Below, one piece after another: positions 58,772-64,000 of a stretch of 64,000 nt of DNA. Position numbers and translations under genes: made by a program. Location: the NCBI GenBank assembly GCA_965203325.1, contig OZ241875.1, positions 2,848,001 through 2,912,000 on the forward strand. Direction: 5' to 3'. Within the stretch, counting starts at the first letter, position 1. Each line of letters begins with the position of its first letter. The stretch is from a bacterium (GTDB lineage Bacteria > UBA8248). The notes below the pieces were generated by a model. It worked only from the letters and a program-made list of their open reading frames with translations, ran no database searches and was not told where the DNA came from.

Positions 58772-61369
58772 ATGTCGAATGAGCAGGTAACATTCGTATT
58801 CAACGATCAAAGCATCACGATGGACAAGAGCCTGCCCGTCCTGGAGGCCGCGCTGCGCATCGGCGCGCACGTTCCGCATTTCTGCTACCACAAGAACCTC
58901 TCCATCGTGGGCCAGTGCCGGGCCTGTCTCGTCGAGGTACTCGACGCCGGCAACGGCCGGCCGATACCCAAACTCCAGCCTTCCTGCGCCACGTATGCGG
59001 CCGAGGGCATGGTGATCAGTTCCGTGACGCCTCGCGTCATCGAGGCGCAGGAGGGGGTGTTCGAATTCCTGCTCAAGAACCACCCGCTCGATTGTCCGGT
59101 ATGCGACCAGGGCGGCGAGTGCCCCTTGCAGGATCAGACCATGGCCTACGGCAAGGCGATCAGCAGGACGCACGAGTTCCGGCGCATTTATCCGAGCAAA
59201 GAGATCAGCGCTTTCATCAAGCCCGAGATGAACCGCTGCGTGCACTGCACCCGGTGTATCCGCTTCACCGAGGAGATCGACGGCGGGGCGGAGTTCGGCT
59301 GGGCGCAGCGCGGCGACCGCACCGAGGTGGGCGTCTATGAGGACCTGCCCCTGACGAGCGTCGTCTCGGGCAACGTCATCGACATCTGCCCCGTCGGCGC
59401 GCTCACGGACAACAAATATCGCTTCACCGCCCGCGTGTGGGAGATGGAGGAAACGCAAGGTCCCTGCACCCTGTGCAGCGTGGGCTGCCGCCAGGGCGTC
59501 TGGACGAAGGACGGCGAGATCAAGCGCGTGACGGCGGCGGAGAACGAGAGGGTCAACGACACCTGGATTTGCGACGTCGCGCGCTACGGCTGGAGCGGGG
59601 CACACGGCGAGGGCCGCATCACCCAGCCGATGATCAGAAAAGACGGTGAGTTGAAGCCCGCCGCTTGGGCGGAGGCGGTCGGCGAGGCGGCGAGAGGCTT
59701 CGGCGCGCTCATCGAACAAGCGGGCGGCGGCGCCATCGCCGGTCTGGGCGGGGCATCCTCCACGAACGAGACGGCCTATCAGTTCGGCGCCTTCATGCGC
59801 TCGGTCCTGGGAACCAACCACCTGGACAGCCGGATTCATCCGCGCGACATCGTGCAGACGGACTTGCAACGCGCCGCCCTGGGCGGCGTGGGCGGCGCAG
59901 GCTCCATCGAGGAGTTGGGGCGTTCGAAGGCCGTCATCATCGTGGGCAGCGACCCGTTCACGCAGCACCCCATCCTCGCGCTTCAGATCAGAAAGGCGCA
60001 CCGCGCGGGCGCGGTGGTCATCAACGTGAACCAAAGGCGCATCGACTTGCGCGTTTCAGGCCGCGTGCATCATCTGGTGCCGGTTCTGGGCGGCATCTCG
60101 CGCACGCTGCGCGCGCTGGCGGCATGTCTCGCGGACGGCGGCGCGAGACCCGAAGGAGAGAACGCGGAAGAATACGCCGCGTTCGTAGGTTCCGCCGACA
60201 TGAGCCGCCTGTGCGAAGAGGCGGACGTGTCGTCCGATGACCTCATGGCCGCCGCCCGGGCGATCCTGGCGGCCGAGGGCTCCGTGAGCATACTCTCCGG
60301 CCCCGGTGAGACGGGGAAGGTCGCGGTTTCCGAGGCGATCAATCTCGGGATTCTGCTCCGCGCCAACATGCTCTTCGCCACCGGCGCGCCGAACTTACAA
60401 GGCGCAATCGACATGGGTCTGCATCCCGCAGCCCTGCCCGGCGGGGATATGTCGGATGAAGATGCCCGCGCCGCCTGCGGGGAGGCATGGGGAAGGCCGC
60501 CCGGCGCGCAGGCCGGTAAGGACGCGAACGCTATACTCGACGGCCTCGCGAGCGGTGAACTCAAGGCGCTGTACATTCTGGGCTGCGACCCTGTGGCCGA
60601 GCATCCCGATGGCGCGCGGGCGAGAGAGGCGCTGGAGAAGGCCGATTTCGTCGTTCTGCAGACATCTCACTTGAACGCGAGCGCGAAGTATGCGGACGTC
60701 GTGATTCCCGCACCCACGCTGTATGAGGAAACGGGCAGCGTCACGAACCTGGAGCGCAGGGCGCAGTCTCTCCCGCGCGCGCTCAAGCCGATGATCGACA
60801 AGATGGTTCCCGAAGCCTGGCGGGCCTTCGCCGATATCGGAAAGGCGATGGAGCGGCCCATGCGGGCGAACTCGCTGGACAAAATCCGGATTCAGGCGCG
60901 CTCGCTGGTCGACGATTACGCGGACGCCTTCGGCCGTATTCCCGATGAGGGCCTGCATTTAAGACGAGAGGGGCGGCGCGCCTATCAGATCGCGCAGATT
61001 CCGGAGAAAGAAGCGCAAGCGCCGGGCCTCAGGATGCTGTTGACGCCCGTCTTGTGGCTCTCGGGGGCTTATGCGGCCTCTGCCTATCATCTGGCCGACA
61101 TGCCGGAAGCCGCGCTCGCCCTCTCGCCGAGCGATGCGGAAAGCCTCGGCGTTTCAGATGGCGAACTCGTGGAATTCGAAGTGGGCGGGGAGGTCGTTCG
61201 GCTTCCCGCGCACGTCGAGAAGAACGCGCCCGTGGGCGTCGCCTTCGCGCCGGAGGGTTATTTGCGCGCGCACGGAGCTTCGGCGCTCAACACCGGCGGC
61301 GCGCCGGGCCGCCAGGGGCTGGAGATTCGGGCCCGCAAGGCGGAAAAACCCCAGGAGGTGGGCGCATAG
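58772..61369 (+). CDS. nuoG: NADH-quinone oxidoreductase subunit G
   Basis: CYH...CRAC, HPLDCPVCDQGGEC, CVHCTRC and N7-type CTLCSVGC...C. Confidence 0.95.
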   Translation: MSNEQVTFVFNDQSITMDKSLPVLEAALRIGAHVPHFCYHKNLSIVGQCRACLVEVLDAGNGRPIPKLQPSCATYAAEGMVISSVTPRVIEAQEGVFEFLLKNHPLDCPVCDQGGECPLQDQTMAYGKAISRTHEFRRIYPSKEISAFIKPEMNRCVHCTRCIRFTEEIDGGAEFGWAQRGDRTEVGVYEDLPLTSVVSGNVIDICPVGALTDNKYRFTARVWEMEETQGPCTLCSVGCRQGVWTKDGEIKRVTAAENERVNDTWICDVARYGWSGAHGEGRITQPMIRKDGELKPAAWAEAVGEAARGFGALIEQAGGGAIAGLGGASSTNETAYQFGAFMRSVLGTNHLDSRIHPRDIVQTDLQRAALGGVGGAGSIEELGRSKAVIIVGSDPFTQHPILALQIRKAHRAGAVVINVNQRRIDLRVSGRVHHLVPVLGGISRTLRALAACLADGGARPEGENAEEYAAFVGSADMSRLCEEADVSSDDLMAAARAILAAEGSVSILSGPGETGKVAVSEAINLGILLRANMLFATGAPNLQGAIDMGLHPAALPGGDMSDEDARAACGEAWGRPPGAQAGKDANAILDGLASGELKALYILGCDPVAEHPDGARAREALEKADFVVLQTSHLNASAKYADVVIPAPTLYEETGSVTNLERRAQSLPRALKPMIDKMVPEAWRAFADIGKAMERPMRANSLDKIRIQARSLVDDYADAFGRIPDEGLHLRREGRRAYQIAQIPEKEAQAPGLRMLLTPVLWLSGAYAASAYHLADMPEAALALSPSDAESLGVSDGELVEFEVGGEVVRLPAHVEKNAPVGVAFAPEGYLRAHGASALNTGGAPGRQGLEIRARKAEKPQEVGA

Positions 61370-62350
61370 ATGGTTACGCTGCTCATCATCCTCGGGAAAG
61401 TGCTCGTGGGCTTCGGCGGGCTTTTGCTGCTCGCCGCCTACATGACCTGGATGGAGCGGCGCGTGTTCGCGCTCATACAGGTGCGGGTGGGCCCCAACCG
61501 CGTGGGTCCCTCGGGGCTGTTGCAGCCCATCGCCGACGGCATCAAGCTCATGTTCAAGGAAACCATCATTCCCGCCCAGGCAGACAAGGTGATTTACGTC
61601 CTCGCGCCCGCCGTCACGCTCATTCCGGCGCTGGCCGCCTTCGCCGTGGTGCCCTTCGGCGATTCGGTGACCGTGCTCGGCCAGAAGGTGGACCTGGTGT
61701 TGGCCGACATCAACGTCGGCATCCTCTACATCTTCGCCATGGCGGGCATCGGCGTGTACGGCATCGTGCTCGGCTCATGGGCGTCGAACAGCAAGTACCC
61801 GCTCATCGGCGGGCTTCGCTCGGCGGCGCAGCTCATCAGCTACGAACTCTCGCTCGGCATGTCGCTTCTGGGCGTGGTCATGATCTCCGGCACCCTGAGC
61901 TTGAAGGGGATCGTCGAGGGCCAGGCCGGGATGCCCTACATCGTATTGCAGCCCCTGGGCTTTCTGCTCTTCGTCATCTGCATGCTGGCGGAGACGAACC
62001 GGGCGCCGTTCGATTTGCCCGAGGCCGAGAGCGAACTCACCGGCGGATTCCATACCGAGTACAGCAGCATGCACTTTGCGGTTTACTCCATCGCCGAGTA
62101 CTGCAGCATGATTACGCTCTCGGCGGTGGGGGCGACTTTTTTCCTCGGCGGATGGCGCGGGCCGCTGCTGCCGCCCGTCGTCTGGTTCCTGATCAAGGTG
62201 CTGGCGTTCATGTTCTTCTTCATGTGGCTGCGCGCCTCCACGCCGCGCCTGCGCTATGACCAACTGATGGGTTTCGGATGGAAGGTGCTCCTGCCGCTGT
62301 CCATCCTGAACGTGATACTCACGGCCGGCGCCGTCGTTTTCATCGGCTAG
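61370..62350 (+). CDS. nuoH: NADH-quinone oxidoreductase subunit H
   Basis: GPNRVGP, AETNRAPFDLPEAESEL and PRLRYDQLM. Confidence 0.97.
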   Translation: MVTLLIILGKVLVGFGGLLLLAAYMTWMERRVFALIQVRVGPNRVGPSGLLQPIADGIKLMFKETIIPAQADKVIYVLAPAVTLIPALAAFAVVPFGDSVTVLGQKVDLVLADINVGILYIFAMAGIGVYGIVLGSWASNSKYPLIGGLRSAAQLISYELSLGMSLLGVVMISGTLSLKGIVEGQAGMPYIVLQPLGFLLFVICMLAETNRAPFDLPEAESELTGGFHTEYSSMHFAVYSIAEYCSMITLSAVGATFFLGGWRGPLLPPVVWFLIKVLAFMFFFMWLRASTPRLRYDQLMGFGWKVLLPLSILNVILTAGAVVFIG

Positions 62351-62375
62351 CGGGCCGCTCAAGGGGGGAGGTTTC

Positions 62376-62855
62376 ATGTTAGGCGAGATTTGCAAGGGGT
62401 TGTGGCTGACGCTCAAGCATTCCTTCAAAAACCGCGTGACCGTGCAATACCCCGACGTCAAAGAGGAGATGCCCGTGGGCTACCGCGGCCTCCACAAGCT
62501 GCTGCGCTGGGAAGACGGCCTGGAGCGCTGCGTGGGGTGCAAGCTCTGCTCGGCGGCCTGTCCCGTGGATTGCATTTACGTGGAATCGGAGGAGAACGAC
62601 CCCGAAGCGCCCACTTCCAAGGGCGAGCGCTACGCCAGCATTTACGAGATCAACGAGCTTCGCTGCATCTTTTGCGGATACTGCGAAGAAGCCTGCCCGG
62701 TCGGCGCGGTCGTGCTGGGCAACGAGTACGAATTCTGCCAGGACGACCGGGGCAAGTTCCTCTACGAGAAGGGCGATTTGCTCGTGGAAAGCACCGAGGA
62801 TCATCCGGAGCTTCATGCCCGCTATGACGAGAAAAACCTGCTCACGTATGTCTAG
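62376..62855 (+). CDS. nuoI: NADH-quinone oxidoreductase subunit I
   Basis: Two CxxCxxCxxxCP motifs. Confidence 0.97.
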   Translation: MLGEICKGLWLTLKHSFKNRVTVQYPDVKEEMPVGYRGLHKLLRWEDGLERCVGCKLCSAACPVDCIYVESEENDPEAPTSKGERYASIYEINELRCIFCGYCEEACPVGAVVLGNEYEFCQDDRGKFLYEKGDLLVESTEDHPELHARYDEKNLLTYV

Positions 62856-62900
62856 GGTTCGATTTGAAGCGGGCGCCCGCCCGCTGGAGGAAGGGCGGTA

Positions 62901-63419
62901 GTGGCCAGTTCCCTGTTTTTTTATTTCCTGGCGGTGGTGACGACGGTGGGCGCGATAGCCGTCGTCGCGTTCCCAAGCCCGCTCTACAGCGTGCTCGCCC
63001 TCATCCTCACTTTTCTGGGTCTCGCCGGTCTGTATCTCTCGCTTCACGCGCAGTTCGTCGCCATCGTTCAGGTGATCATCTACGCCAGCGCGATCATGAT
63101 GCTCTTCCTGTTCGTGGTGATGCTGATTAACCTGGGCCGGGAGGAGAAGCGGGAGTTGCGCCTGCCCGGCCAGAAGCTGCTGGGCGCCATCGCGGGACTC
63201 GCCGTCTTCAGCGTACTGCTCAAGATATTCCTCTCCACCTCTCTCATGACGGGAAAGAAGGGGAGTTTCCCGCCCGAGCGGGTGAGCGAACTGGGCAACA
63301 CGCAGATTATCGGAAACCTTTTGTTGACGGATTACGTCCTTCCGTTTCAGGCGATGGGCGTCTTGTTGTTCGTGGGCATCGTCGGCGCCGTGGTGCTGGC
63401 GCGCAGGCGAAGCCGCTAG
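62901..63419 (+). CDS. nuoJ: NADH-quinone oxidoreductase subunit J
   Basis: QVIIYASAIMMLFLFVVML; position in operon. Confidence 0.94.
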   Translation: MASSLFFYFLAVVTTVGAIAVVAFPSPLYSVLALILTFLGLAGLYLSLHAQFVAIVQVIIYASAIMMLFLFVVMLINLGREEKRELRLPGQKLLGAIAGLAVFSVLLKIFLSTSLMTGKKGSFPPERVSELGNTQIIGNLLLTDYVLPFQAMGVLLFVGIVGAVVLARRRSR

Positions 63420-63431
63420 GAGGGGTGAGAC

Positions 63432-63734
63432 GTGGCGCCGCTTGAGCATTACCTGATTCTGAGCGCGGTTCTCTTCTCCCTCGGCGTCGTGGGCGTCGTG
63501 GTGCGCAGGAACGCCATCGTCGTCATCTTGTGCATCGAGTTGATGATGAACGGGGCGAACCTGGCGTTCGTGGCCTATGGCCGCTTCCTGGATTCCATGG
63601 CGGGCCAGATGATCGTGTTTTTCGTGATGGCTGTGGCCGCGGCGGAGGCCGCCATCGGCCTGGCGATCGTGGTGCTGATCTACAGAAACCGCGAATCCAC
63701 CGACCTGGACGAGATCAATCTACTGAAGCTATAG
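63432..63734 (+). CDS. nuoK: NADH-quinone oxidoreductase subunit K
   Basis: RRNAI, CIELM and [11 protein letters not shown]. Confidence 0.96.
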   Translation: MAPLEHYLILSAVLFSLGVVGVVVRRNAIVVILCIELMMNGANLAFVAYGRFLDSMAGQMIVFFVMAVAAAEAAIGLAIVVLIYRNRESTDLDEINLLKL

Positions 63735-63746
63735 AGTTAAGGAATC

Positions 63747-64000
63747 ATGGATAGTCTGACCCTCATATTGCTGTTCCCCCTCATCGGCGTGCTGGTGAAC
63801 CTGATCTTCGGCTGGAAGCGCGGGGAGAAGTTCGCCGGCTGGGTCGCGACGCTGGCGATGGCGCTCGCTTTCGCGGCGTCGATTGTGGGCTGGCTCCGCC
63901 TCCTGGGGATGCCCGAGAATGGGCGGCTCATCCGCGTCGTCTTGTTCGATTGGATTCCGGTGGGCGCCTTCGAGGTCAAGGCGAGCTTCTCGCTGGATCC
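63747..64000 (+). CDS. nuoL: NADH-quinone oxidoreductase subunit L (5' part, runs off the window)
   Basis: MDSLTLILLFPLIG...FDWIPVGAF...SLD; follows nuoK. Confidence 0.88.
   Translation, partial: MDSLTLILLFPLIGVLVNLIFGWKRGEKFAGWVATLAMALAFAASIVGWLRLLGMPENGRLIRVVLFDWIPVGAFEVKASFSLD

Noticed and set aside
54059..64000. nuo operon checked for unusual inserts
   Set aside because: Canonical A-L order with expected motifs; the N7-type cluster motif in NuoG is a known variant.

Overview
GC-rich bacterial chromosomal window from a diderm, aerobically respiring organism. Taxonomy cannot be fixed from the sequence; the decayed REP/MITE-like repeats and surface lipoproteins are loosely reminiscent of host-associated MAGs. 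Most of it is core metabolism and transport: a 5'-truncated sigma-54 activator, VOC proteins with CbtA, USP, RimK, ProA, a complete minus-strand heme-copper (A1-type) cytochrome c oxidase cluster with unannotated small ORFs, tRNA-Arg(ACG), a Na+/solute symporter-TPR cluster, tandem-domain ThyX, an RND pair, QueG, two ABC importers, a histidine-decarboxylase-like gene with an ACT partner, and nuoA-nuoL'. The most striking unexplained signal is a ~1 kb stretch without a credible ORF (36654-37706). It holds a promoter-led, ~530-600 nt, heavily base-paired plus-strand RNA candidate with 16- and 15-bp perfect helices, crossing pairings, a GNRA loop and a loop-E motif. I cannot assign it to a known family. 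It is followed by a small DUF5678-like gene and a frameshifted retropepsin-like protease gene. A lower-GC islet (about 48.6-51.9 kb) encodes two paralogous zinc-metalloprotease lipoproteins with TbpB-like C-terminal barrels; their signal peptides appear to start at a conserved ATC codon.
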